64,000 nt of DNA. It comes from Takakia lepidozioides. Lineage: Eukaryota; Plantae; Bryophyta. Shown piece after piece: positions 1-11,341 of the stretch. Both the position numbers and the translations under genes were made by a program. Numbering within the stretch: the first letter of the stretch is position 1; each line of letters begins with the position of its first letter. The stretch is taken from contig CM060731.1 in the NCBI GenBank assembly GCA_030704615.1, forward strand, positions 6,324,001 to 6,388,000, read 5' to 3'. The notes under the pieces were generated by a model that saw only the letters and a list, made by a program, of their open reading frames with translations, was not told the origin of the DNA and did not search any database.

Positions 1-1
1 G

Positions 2-1540
2 GAAGACATTTCAGTAGACTGCACTACTTATGTCTGTCTCTTGCAAGAGTGTATCAAATTGAAAGGCCTAGCAGAGGGAAAACAGGTGCACGCACACATC
101 ATCCAAAGTAGGTTCAAGCCCAACATCTTGCTATTCAACACCCTTCTCAACATGTATGCAAAGTGCGGGAGCATGGTGGATGCACGACTAGCATTTGACA
201 AAATGGCTGTACGAGATGTGTTTACATGGACTACAATGATGGCAGGATATGCAAAGCATGGATGTAGTAAGGAGGCTTTAGAGATCTTTCAGCAAATGAT
301 ATGGGAGGGGGTGAGGCCCAACAAAGTCACATTCGTTTGCATTCTCAATGTGTGTGCCAGCCTGACAGCCCTGGAAATGGGCAAAGAGGTCCATGGTGAC
401 ATCATCAAAGCTGGAATTGTGCCAAATATCATTCTGGAAACTGCTCTTGTAAACATGTATGCCAAATGTGGGAGCATAAGAGAAGCATGGCAAGTGTTTG
501 ACAATATGGCTGAACGAAATGTGGTCTCATGGAGCACAATGATTGCAGGATATGCCCAGCAAGGGTGTGGTAGGGAGGCTTTTGATATGTATAAGCAAAT
601 GATACAGGAGAGGGTGATGCCCAACAGGGTTTTGTTCACGTGTGTTCTCACTGCATGTGCCAGCCTGGCAGCGCTGGAGAAGGGGAAAGAGGTCCATGGT
701 GACATCATTGCAGCAGGAATTGTGAAAGATATCATTCTGGAGACTGCTCTTGTTGACATGTATGCAAAATGCGGGAGCATGACAGACGCCCGTCAAGTGT
801 TTGACAATATGGATCGACGAAGTGTGGTCTCATGGAATGCAATGATGGCAGGATATGCTCAGTTTGGGTCCAGTAGGGAGGCTTTTGAGACGTATAAGCA
901 AATGGTACGGGAGGGGGTGATGCCCAATCAGGTATCTTTCACTTGCATTCTTAACGCTTGTGCTAGCCTCGCAGCCCTGGATAAGGGGGAAGAGGTCCAT
1001 GTGGACATCATCAAAGCTCAAATTGTACCAGATATCATTCTGTGGAATGCCCTTGTTGACATGTACGCAAAATGTGGGAGCTTGCAGAATGCTCATAAAT
1101 TGTTTAACAAAATGGCTGAACGAAATGTGGCCTCATGGAATGCCATAATTGCAGGTTATGGTCACCACGGGTGTGGTCGGGAGGCCCTTCAACGATTTGA
1201 AGAAATGCAACAGGACGGGTTCAAGCCAAATGGCATCACCTTTATATGCGTCCTCTCTGCATGTAGCCATGTGGGCTTAGTTGAGGAAGGCCGTCACTAC
1301 TTTGATTGCATGACTCAAGATTATGGGCTCGCACCTACAGCAGAGCATTTTGGCTGCATGGTGGACCTTTTTGGGCGTGCAGGGCGATTGGATGAGGCAG
1401 AGGACTTAATTCACAAAATGCCAATCGAACCAGATGGTGCGGTGTGGGGAGCTTTGCTTGGTGCCTGCAGAACTCATGGCAACATAGAGATAGCAGAACG
1501 TGTTGCAAAATTTTCTGCCCAGGACCCTGCAAGTTTGTGA
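2..1540 (+). CDS. PLS-class pentatricopeptide repeat (PPR) protein, organellar RNA-editing factor type; 5' end outside window, truncated after E1
   Basis: The frame is open from base 2 (EDISVDCTTYVCLLQE...). It contains repeated P-L-S triplets (ALVNMYAKCGS..A.QVFD.M..RNVVSW..MIAGYA..G...EA), then P2-L2-S2 (LSACSHVGLVEEG, HFGCMVDLFGRAG) and E1 (VWGALLGACRTHGNIEIAE). Homology breaks down near 1515, followed by a stop. Confidence 0.93.
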   Translation, partial: EDISVDCTTYVCLLQECIKLKGLAEGKQVHAHIIQSRFKPNILLFNTLLNMYAKCGSMVDARLAFDKMAVRDVFTWTTMMAGYAKHGCSKEALEIFQQMIWEGVRPNKVTFVCILNVCASLTALEMGKEVHGDIIKAGIVPNIILETALVNMYAKCGSIREAWQVFDNMAERNVVSWSTMIAGYAQQGCGREAFDMYKQMIQERVMPNRVLFTCVLTACASLAALEKGKEVHGDIIAAGIVKDIILETALVDMYAKCGSMTDARQVFDNMDRRSVVSWNAMMAGYAQFGSSREAFETYKQMVREGVMPNQVSFTCILNACASLAALDKGEEVHVDIIKAQIVPDIILWNALVDMYAKCGSLQNAHKLFNKMAERNVASWNAIIAGYGHHGCGREALQRFEEMQQDGFKPNGITFICVLSACSHVGLVEEGRHYFDCMTQDYGLAPTAEHFGCMVDLFGRAGRLDEAEDLIHKMPIEPDGAVWGALLGACRTHGNIEIAERVAKFSAQDPASL

Positions 1541-1880
1541 TGCTGTGACACCTCTATGCTGATGCTGGAAGGTAGGAGACTACGGTAAAGGTCAGAAGAA
1601 TGGAGGAGAGAAAGTATCCAGGGTGCTGCTGCATGGAGGTGGACAACCAGGGACGTACATTGATTGTAAGTGACAATTGCATCCAAAAAGTGAGGAAATG
1701 AAAGCTGAGTTGAGGAGATTGTCTGGGCAGATAAAGAAGGCCTGATATGTCCCTAACTTACATGATGCAGGAGGAGATCAAGGATTTTCTCTTTGCGACA
1801 GTGAGAAGCTGGCTTTTGGGCTCATCAGCAAACCCCTCAACAACTCTCTGCATCACCAACAGTTTTGCAGTGTGTGTGGC
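1541..1880 (+). pseudogene. Decayed E2/E+/DYW deaminase-domain coding sequence of the upstream PPR gene
   Basis: Piecewise translation gives LYADAGR*, KVRRMEERK, PGCCCMEVDNQ (PG box), HPKSEEMKAELRRLSGQIKKA*YVP, CDSEKLAFGLIS (normally HSEKLA) and LCITNSFAVC. It has several frameshifts and stops and no terminal DYW. Confidence 0.8.
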
Positions 1881-1914
1881 TCTGACACAGGACCACCAAC
1901 TCATGCTGCCACAG

Positions 1915-2050
1915 CCATACCTGAGTGGACAGACCGGAGATCTTTCTCCAAGAGCCACTTGAGGACAAGTGCGATGTGTTCAATTTGGTGATCATCATGT
2001 GGGAGCTTTGCACTCTAAATCTCCCTGGGCAGGTGTCAAGCCCATGCAAG
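1915..2050 (+). pseudogene. Isolated exon fragment of a Raf-like (CTR1/EDR1-type) protein kinase, subdomains VIII-X
   Basis: With two frameshifts it reads PEWTxPEIFLQEPLEDKCDVFNLVIIMWELCTLNxPWAGVKPMQV, matching the Raf-like consensus TPEWMAPE...EKCD.FS.GVI.WEL.TL..PW.G..PMQV. It is flanked by cag and gtagg. Confidence 0.7.
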
Positions 2051-3623
2051 TAGGTCTGGTCATGTTCGCCTAACCCATTCACTAATCTGGGGCTGACTGC
2101 TGTAACTTAGCAGGACCTAGTTTCAAAGGAGCAATAGCAAGCTGATACGCCATCACTAGTTGGCTCCTAACTGCTAGTGTGTCTACCACTACTCGTGCTA
2201 GATTTAGTCCTCTCATAATAAAAGGAAAGTCTCTTGGGTTTCCTCTCTTGTGTGTTCATCTCTGTCTCTGTGTTTCGCTGTAGTCTGAGAGGTTGCTAAT
2301 TTATGGACTAACTGCTGCAGGTGGTATGGCTCATAACAGGGCTGTTGGATATGCCGGAGTGTCTGACTGTCAAGCTGATTGCTGATACCTTACTGCCTGC
2401 ACTTGAAGTTGACACATGATGTGTCTCACAATGCATCCAGTGGGCAAGTAAGTTAATGAGCTTATATGGACTGCTCACCTCTCACAGGACTGGCATTGGA
2501 TACACACAACGGGGAGGACTACAGGATTGCTCAGCCAGTGACAAGATGTGACTCAAAATGTCTTGCAATGGGGTTTTGCTACTACCAGTACATTTTTGCC
2601 TATGTTGATTGGGCTCAATATGCATTTTAAGTCGCATCTGTTTTTTACACATTGATTGGAATTCAAAAGTCACCGTGGTATGTAGGGGACTGGTACATTT
2701 ATAGAATACAACAGCACCAATAGCTGGTCTATCTATACATCTATAAACATTAAATACACTCCAAATAATCACTTGCAAACAGAAGTACTTGAATAAGCAT
2801 TATAATATTAAAGGGTGGGGGGGAGTGATGTGAGCTCCATGGTTTGCGGAGAGACCCTCAACGGTCTCTTCGTCTCTCTCGTTTCTGCTCCTTCCTTCTG
2901 ATTAGTAATGCTTCATCTTACAATTTATTACCATGCTTAGTAGCTCTAACTGATTTCTAGCTCCATAAGGATAGGCTGTTCTATATGTTTTTTTCCTCCC
3001 TTTCTATCACTTTCTTCACTGTATCCAAGTTAATCGTGAACCTATCACCCTCCTTAGTTCTTTAAATCAGCTTCCATCTGCCTGCGCTTAACCCCTGAAC
3101 CCCCAACATTGAGCAGAAGCCAGCCAGCTTGGATGGTAACCTTTACCGCCACTTCTGCATGTCCAAGCCACGCTCTCAGCTCCCTCTCTCACTGTCTCGG
3201 GTTTAACACTCCCTCTGGTTAGGAATTGTGCGCAGCCCCTTCTGCTTAGTATTAGCTACTTTATGGGCCCCAATGCCAGTCGTCTCAAGCTTAAAGCCAA
3301 GATGAAGAATCGTCTTCAGAAAGGTCCCTTGCAACCCCCGCGCAGAAGATTCACACCTTCATTCACACCTTCATCGGGTATAGGATTCTTTCTGGCGCAC
3401 CGGGCCGAGTCAAGAAACGGAAGCTCAGACGGATTTGTAAAGGCTCCCTCTCCCTCTCCTCCAAATCTTTGGGCTTCAAGTCATCAACTATACCACTCAA
3501 CAGCCAACCCAAGTCATGGACTCAATGTTTGTTGATGACAATTTCCTCATGCTGCAAGCTAAACCCGAAAATTTGGATAGGGCAGCAGATTCCCTGGAAA
3601 CTTTTTGCTCAGCATCAAGTTTT

Positions 3624-3880
3624 AGGGCCGCTTTACACTAGGGGCTAAGCCCAAGATCAAGTGAGAATGGAGCATTCCCATTGGCGGAGGCCTAAAAATT
3701 GGGCCCAACGGCTTTACACTACAGCCCGAGCCCAAGAAAATGGAAGTGGGTCATTTGCCTACATGGCACCTACATGGCACAAGTTTTGGCGCCAACTTCT
3801 TGGGCCAGCCCAAGAAAATGGAACCGGAACAAAACATGTGCTCTACTTGTGGGGGATCTCTTAGCATCTACACTTGGCAC
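3624..3880. mobile_element. Putative PIF/Harbinger-like MITE end, truncated
   Basis: TTA|GGGCCGCTTTACAC-type terminus with internal re-duplications (gctttacacta x2, agcccaagaaaatggaa x2). The partner TIR was not found. Confidence 0.35.
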
Positions 3881-4500
3881 TTAACCAACCTTGGGAGCAA
3901 ATCAAGGTTTACAATGGTTGAAACCAGGCCAAACTACTCTTCTTTGTTATACTTTCGGAATGGACCTTATAGACCATCAAAAATTTGCTCCTATGTTGAC
4001 TAAACTCAAACACAAGCTAGCCTACTAGAGTTTGAAACATCTTTCTATCATGGGGAGAGAGCTCACAGCCAACCAGATCCTCTCAGCAAGTATCTGGTAC
4101 TATGCTTCTTCCTGGCGAGTTGAAGCGAATCCACGAGTTGAAGCGAATCCAATGGTTGAGGATTCGCCACATCCCCGTTTTAGGGACTCATGGAGAGTTT
4201 CATTTTGGTCCACCGTAAACTGCAACTACCTCCGGTCAGAACTTGTTGCTGATCATCAACCCCCAAACAATTCGACCCCAGACTCCACTAACTATAACCC
4301 TACCCATTTGTTTGGCTTCCAACATATTCATATGGATATTGGGAAGACCCCTCGCCGACCTTCACTTTGACCCCATGGAATGGTCATGGATTTTTTCCAA
4401 AGACCCTGAGCCATTCTTCCACAAAGAAAGGTTACAAGGCTCTCTCAAACGCTCAGCCTTTGAAAAACAAATGGAAAGCCAGGGAACACCAGCTTAATTT
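3880..4500 (+). mobile_element. Degenerate L1-type LINE ORF2 fragment (post-RT region)
   Basis: KHLSIMGRELTANQILSASIWYYASSW resembles the LINE motif LSxxGRxxLxNxVLxSxxWY. The region contains many stops. Confidence 0.55.
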
Positions 4501-4859
4501 AAAAATGAAACGACCCCTGGATCTCGACCGTCTATTATTGACCATTAAAGACTTTATTTTCAAATCCAACCTTTTAAGTCTACCTTGGTCTATGTATTTA
4601 GTGAGGTAGTGTTGTTATTTCAAAGAATTCCATATGTAAAGGACTTTACGAAAATAGTTATTTTTAAGGCTCAAAATAGTTCATAAAGTTTACTTAAGAT
4701 TTTGGATGAATGTGTTTATTCTAAATTATTTATCCCTCAAAGCACATTTGGCCAAGTCCCTTTTTTTTTTGAAAAATTCCATAATTTCTAGCCATTGTGT
4801 TTTTGGTTATGATACTTGGAATATGGGAAATATATGTAGTTGAGTCTTCAAAGCTTGGT

Positions 4860-5075
4860 CCCTTTTTGCGGCGCCGGGGCGTCGCAAGAAAAAAATCCGT
4901 CGCAGCGAGGGCCCTCTTTCCCCCTTCATGCCACCTTGCGATGGCTGGGCGTCACAATGGTGTCGCAACGGGGGATTGCGACGTCGGGGCGTCGCAAAAA
5001 AGCGCCACGGGCTCGGCGTCGCAGGCTCAGCGCCGCGCGGGGCGTGGGGGCGTGGCTGGCGTCGCAAACCCCTCC
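4860..5075. repeat. GC-rich cluster of GCGTCGC/GCGACG motifs (CACTA-type subterminal repeats)
   Basis: Multiple cgtcgca/gcgacg copies occur in both orientations. The same motif is seen at 7950-8730. Confidence 0.5.
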
Positions 5076-5344
5076 CCATTTGTTGTAGTGTGTTCTTTCT
5101 TCTTTGTCTTCTACCAATTCCCTTAGTCTCTCTTGCAGAGAATAAGAGGGTGTTGCTTCGCTCTACCTCTGCTCATCCTCTGTATGATCAGGATCATGCT
5201 GTCAAAAACATCCCCTTGTCTTCTCCTTTGTCCCCTATGTATTATGTTGTTGCTGCGCCAACTGTCGTAACCTCTTCTGCATGTATGAACCCAACCGCCA
5301 TGGCCGCACTTCTTGTTGTCATCTGTCATGTTCTTGGCTCAGGC

Positions 5345-5660
5345 TCACGGTCTAACCGTCATGGTTCCCTTCACGTTCTCCTTCATGGACATGGTTCCCC
5401 TGAGGTTTTCCCTTCATGGTCATGGTTCCCTTCAGGTTCTTTTTCATGGACATGGTTCACTTGAGGTTCCCCTTCATGGTCATGGTTCCCTTTAGGTTTT
5501 CCCCTTCATGATTCATGATTCATGAGCCCTCATGGTTTCCGAGTCATGAGGCTTCATGACTCTAGTCGTTCATGGTCCGGGGCTCACGATCGTTCGTGGC
5601 TCTCGCACCATGAGTGTTCATGGCCGCTCATGCTTCTGCGCCATGACTATCATGGTCGTG
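5345..5660. repeat. Minisatellite of about 33 bp (ttcatgg[a/t]catggttccc..aggtt), decaying into tcatg repeats
   Basis: About 5 recognisable units lie between about 5355 and 5520, followed by degenerate tcatg-containing units. Confidence 0.75.
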
Positions 5661-6175
5661 TTCAAAATGTAGGGATACTGGCAGGATCGTCTACTTCTGC
5701 CTAAGTGCTCTTAGCCTTGGTAACATTAGCTTGGATGTTCACGGCTGTGCCTACATCATTCAATACAAAGAATGCCTAAGTAGTCCTATTATGAGGATGC
5801 CACAACCTCTGGTTCTTTTCAAGCTTTAGATATTGTACCATCCAACAGTAATGTCATCACATTCAAGGGCTCGGTTCGTTGAGGCTCCTCCATCACGTCC
5901 GCCTCCTCTTGCAAAAAGTCGCTGGTGACACCTGTGACTCTAATTATAGTTTCTTCCCTCTCCCCATCAAGCTCCTCAAAATCAAAACCAAGCAAACTAA
6001 AATCCATACTTCTATTTTGAATCCATCAAACCCTAGCACATCTACTTTGAAGCCCACAAACTTTCAGCCCCAAACATATTGCAAAGTGTTCATTAGTCGA
6101 GGTAGATGATTGCAATAACAACCAAGGCAGTATGTGTACCCTGAATGTAATACCAGATTGGTGTGGTATCTATGC

Positions 6176-6449
6176 CAGTGGTTTTTTTTATTGGCGAATT
6201 TTCGCCAGATTTCGACCTCAAAAAATAAAATGGAATATTCTGTTGTAAATCCCCTATTTTTTCATGGACGAAATCGCCAATTTTCTTCAAATAAAAAATA
6301 AATTATGGATGAATTCACCAAATATGGATGATATATATGGATTATAGTACAGAGGTGGACGAATTTCAGTGGATGAACAGAATGACCTATTTTCTGCAAA
6401 ACTTTGTAGCCACTCGTGCTGTTTTCCAAATTTCTTTAAAAAAACATTG
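6176..6449. mobile_element. hAT-family MITE with 8-bp target site duplication
   Basis: Imperfect TIRs CAGTGGTTTTT...AAAAAACATTG are flanked by a perfect 8-bp direct repeat ATCTATGC (6168-6175 and 6450-6457). Internal ggcgaattttcgcc palindrome and ggatga motifs are present. Confidence 0.88.
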
Positions 6450-7079
6450 ATCTATGCATAATATCTTCCCAAGATTTGTATGTGGGTATCTTGGTATGGG
6501 CATGGCTATTATCCAACCGTAGACTAGCTGGTCTGTTATCAAATGCCAATATTGATACCAAGCCTTACATCATATACCAATCCAACACTGGTTACCATGA
6601 CCTTGGCCGCCTCCTCCGTTGTTTCTTCCTCAAACTTCTTTATCCAAAAATGGCGGAAGGAGTATCGAGCTCAAGCTCGGGCCTCGGCAATAGCTCGTTC
6701 TTAGGGTATTCCGGCAAATGTCATCACTCAAGCAAATCTGCAACTTGTGCACAAATGTGAGATGAAAATTGCGCTCAGCCGTGACCTCCAAGCTCATGTG
6801 TCCAGTTTCAGAAGAAGAAGCCATGGTGCATGGAAGCAGCGCCCTAGTAGAGTCTGAGCAACTCGCCACACAAGCTTCGTAAGAGGAAAACACAAGGTAC
6901 CCTGCGCGCCGCCATCTTGAGGACCGGCTATACAGTACTTGTTGGAGCATAACAGAAGATAAGATAGTGTTCAATGGTCTTGATGATACCTGTAGAACAG
7001 CAAGCGCTAAGAAGAGCATCCTGAAATTGTAGCCATTCACCCACTTTTAGGACTCTGTTAACTACGTGCCTCTGCTCAG

Positions 7080-7800
7080 ATTCAAGAAGTCAAGCACCTT
7101 CTTAGGAACTTCATATGGGGAGCAAAAAAACACGACATTAAAAAAAAAATGATTCCTCGTTTCCTAGGCCCAGGAGGAGGATGGTGGAACTTCCTCGTGG
7201 TTGACAGTATTCTGCACGCCTCTCCCCTGAAACGTGCACCTTGGTTACCCTCCCTTCGATGGAGTGCACCAGGTTTCAATCATAAAAATGCGGATTCCTC
7301 CTTTTGGAATACTATTTGGCAAGCTTGGGGGAAACTCCATCACTTCCTCAAGATCCGAACCCACCTATTACTTTGAGACCTCTCGACCGCATCTTTTCCT
7401 CAATACCAACAAACCCACAACCTCCCAACATTCCTAGGCCATGTGGTGGTCTCCGTGGGACAGATTGGGGATCTCTCAAATGTACAACTTGTGGGAGAAC
7501 AACAATCTCAGGAGCCAAGACTCTGTAACCAACGTGGTTGGAAAAGCTAGAGCCTCGCACGGCTACCATGATCTAATTCAATCCATAGACCCCCAATGAT
7601 GGCTCCTCACCTTACAAACTGGTCCTACAATGTCTACAAACAACTTTTGGGCCCTCAATGTTCTTAATGATCAACTCTCTGTTTTGTTTGTTCAGGAAAC
7701 TACCAATCTCAATCTCTTGATATTCCCTTTCAGCATTGATACAATCTGCACGCTTTACCTTCACCTAATTCTTTCCACTCGGCCACTCCTTCTCTCATCT
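7080..7800 (+). mobile_element. Degenerate L1-type LINE ORF2 3' fragment
   Basis: LLRNFIWG..., PRFLGPGGG..., SSFWNTIWQAW are typical post-RT LINE motifs. The frame is broken. Confidence 0.55.
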
Positions 7801-7944
7801 ATCTCACCCCGGGGGTAGTTGCAGCCTATGATGGACTAGAAATACTGTTACGGCACTGTTTTTATGGGACCTTGATTAGTTGTAAATTATCATACTCCTA
7901 AATGGAAATGCTGAATCGAAAATAAATAAATAAATAAATAAAAA

Positions 7945-8732
7945 TCGTTGCAACATTTGGCGTCGCAAAAGCGTCACTGAGGGCGCCTCCGCGACGCCAA
8001 GGCGTCGCAACAGAATCATCACAGTGGGAGTTTTTTATTTTTTATTTATTTATTTTTTTCGGGCTTTATAGCCCTCAACTTTACAATAGCGTCGCTGGGG
8101 GCGCCCCGCGTTGCCTTGCCCAACGCTGCGACGCCAGGGGGTCGCAATGATGTTGTAATCAGCTTAGGTCATCACAATGATGTCGCTTGGGGCGCATGGC
8201 GGTGGGGGGTGCAACAACGGCGACGACGTTGGGGCTGGGGCTAGGGCTGGCACTAAGGCTGTGGAGGTTGCAACTCCCCGGCGTCACAAGAGGGACCCCC
8301 TTAGAAGGAACTTGAAGGAAATCTTCATATGTATATATATATATATTTAGATTGCTTTTGTGATACATAGATGTAGCGTAGGTATTGATTAGTCTGTAGT
8401 GCCTTAGACCATGGAGGTCTTAGGTTCAAGTATGCATTGCATGATATATGTAGAACAATGAACATATCGCCAACCGGAGTCAATGGTCAACAAGTTTTTC
8501 AAATTCAAATTTCAAATTCAATTTTTCCCACCTAAATTCAAATGTACCCCCTTAAAATTGCAACATCCGGGTGTCGTTTCGCCTTTTTGCAACCCCCATT
8601 AATCGCAAATTTGCGACGTTTTTTTGGTGACGGGCTTGCGACGCTCGGACGTCGTAAATTTGGTTCTTCCCCCTTGCCCGAAAATGGCTGTTTTACGACG
8701 CCGCGGGAAAACCCCCCCTTTTTCCTGTAGTG
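7945..8732. mobile_element. CACTA (EnSpm) non-autonomous element, right terminus
   Basis: It ends in TTTTCCTGTAGTG (reverse complement CACTACAGGAAAA) at 8732 and is preceded by dense GCGACG/CGTCGC subterminal repeats. The left TIR was not found. Confidence 0.75.
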
Positions 8733-8956
8733 ATGCGAGGAAATCAACAAGAAATGAACCCATGGGCAAAAGACTTGGGAGAGTTCTTTGACCAGAATTG
8801 GTATGGTACTCCAAGAGGTGGAAATCTGGTTTTTGATACATCTGCCAATGAATAAGATAATGAGGAGGAGATTGCAGAGAGTTCAAACTCCCAAACTGTA
8901 CCCCATCTGAGTTTGGTGAGTGAGGAGGAAGAGACCCAAGTCAAGAACTTAAGAAC

Positions 8957-10585
8957 TTGGAAGATGCAGAATATCAAGTAGTAGAACCAACAGTGGCTGT
9001 TGATACTGCCACCAGGACATCCCAACCTTTTGTAGCAGGGTCAAGTGATACACTTGAATCACTAGCTGGTGAAAGTGTCGATTCAGGAGGATCAGACAGT
9101 GAGCTTGGATTGCTTCTTAGAGGGACAGGGAGTGTGGGAAGTAGTTTAACAGTAACTTCGGTTACTACAAGTGTCCAGGGACCAGTAATTGGGATTGCAC
9201 AAGTGCCAATACCAGGACAAATATCAATACAACAAATGGCTCAACCAACAGCCCCAACACGCATAATACCACATTTTCCAATATACTCTGGAATAGGGAA
9301 TCCTAATACACACATTTACCAATATGAGTACATGTGCATAGTGACCAACGAGAATGCAGACGCAACAATGTTGAGATTTTTCCCTTGTTCCCTAACCAAG
9401 AAAGCAATTGAGTGGTATGCTCAATTCCCTGATAATCACTTTGCAACTTGGAATGATCTGAAGACATCACTCCAGAAAAGATTTAGAACTAGTAAAACCA
9501 TCGGTGAAGAGTACAACGGACTTCAGCAGCTGAAACAAAAGAAGCATGAAACTGTTGAGGAGTATCTGGAGGAGATGAGGTCAATGATATGAAAATTGAC
9601 TGATGTGCCACATGAAGCTTTACAAAAGACCTGGTTTGTAAATGGCCTAAGACCTGAGATTCAAAGGAAGGTAGACATACTACCAAATGAAACCCTTGCC
9701 TTAGCATATGCATCTGCCAAGAAGGTAGCGCTTGGAAAAATGCCAAGGAAGATGGAAAAGAAGAAAGAGGATGATTCAGAGGATGAACCAAAAGAAAAAG
9801 AAAAAGAAGTTCGAAAGCAGACCAAGAAGAAGGAAAAGATCAAGAAGGACAAATCTAAGAAGAGATTTGAAGAAAAAATGAAGAAATATGCTATAGAAGT
9901 AGCACTGCACTGGAGGAAAGACATCTGGTGCTAGAATTGCCAAAATCCAGACCACACAATGGCAGAGTGCCACTTGAAAGACAAATATTGTGCTATTTGT
10001 CAGATGAGTAACCACTCCACAGAAAGCTGTTACTATAACGGGAAGAATGTGTTACCACATAATTGGGTTGTTGGTGCAAACGAAGTGCAACCTCAACCCA
10101 AAAGAAACAACGACCAAGGCAACTTCGAGAAACCTGGCGGATATAATAATAACAATGGCATGGCCAATAGGGGTAATCCAAGAGGGAATTTCCAGCAAAG
10201 AAACGGGATTATTATAGAGATAATCCCAGAAGAGATCAAGGGCGAGGACTCAACGGAGAAGAATTATGTTTCTATTGCAACCAAGCAGGACATCGCAAGG
10301 TAGATAAAAAACCAGAGTGAAATGAGAAATCCCATGAATGAAGGCCCAGTGGTGGCAACTCACATGGTGATGCCATTTTGCATACCAGAGGCGCGTGCTC
10401 TGGTAGTCACCAGAAGTAAGGCTAAGATACAGTCTGACGAAGAAGAATCTGAAGAAAATCAATATGAAATTGAAATGACCCAAGATGATGAAGCTTGGAG
10501 GGAAGGAAAAGAATTGCACAAGGAGGTGGCCAAGTCTGGCAATATCCAACGTGCAGGTGGCCTGAAGACCATATCCATTCTATAA
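8957..10585 (+). mobile_element. Ty3/Gypsy gag pseudogene (retrotransposon gag plus two zinc knuckles)
   Basis: FPIYSG..NP..HI..YE, LRFFPCSLTKKAIEWY, TWNDLK..L.KRF, LKQKKHETVEEY, WFVNGLRPEI; CxxCxxxxHxxxxC knuckles near 9930-10035; VVTRSK. Stops occur at 9592, 9934 and 10303. Confidence 0.85.
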
Positions 10586-11341
10586 TTTTGTCCAGGGTAT
10601 GCTCATCAGAGAGCAACCCTCTTCAGGAAGATCAAGACATAGCCCTGGTGCCTCTCTTCCACAACTTCCAAAATCTGCAGGCTGAGCCTAAAGCCCTGGC
10701 TCTGCTGGGGTTTAATTGCTGGGCAGCTTACATACAGATGCTATTGTGGAGGGCTATTTAGAGAAAATCTTGAGAGCCCCGAGCCAATTGTTTATACCAA
10801 GGTAAGCCCCACTAATGGAGTGAGCCCGTCACAAAGGTTGTCTGTTCCCTCTTGTTCAGCCCAAACAAAAGTCTATGGCCACCAACAGACAATTTCTTAC
10901 GAGGGCATTCTATTTCTCTTTCTCTCACACAGCATGGAGTATAGTGATTTACAGAACCCGCAGCTCCCTACAGCTAAATCTATGATGATGAAACTGTGAA
11001 TAGTGTCTTCAATTCAAGAATTTCTCAGGGTAGAGCAAGCTTCATTGGCCAATATGCTCCTGTCCCTTGAATTCCCATCTACTTTTGTATGGATAACTTT
11101 TCATGTATCCGTGGGAGAGGGAGTTCCTCTCATGAATTTGCAGTGTTCCTACTAAAAATACTTCTCTGTTGTTGCTCTGAATCATCATGAGGTTGCAGAG
11201 GCTGTGAATTATCTTGACTGTTGTTTGGGTACACAAGGACACATGAATGGTTGGTGTCTCTGCAGCACAGGGGAGCAAAGAGTATTGATGTGCTCGAAGG
11301 AATTGTTGAAGACAGGCAACCTGCACACCAGATAGCACCCC

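Noticed and set aside
8380-8435. tRNA-like sequence with a B-box (ggttcaagt); similar at about 15750
   Set aside because: No cloverleaf can be built; at most a degenerate SINE-like relic.
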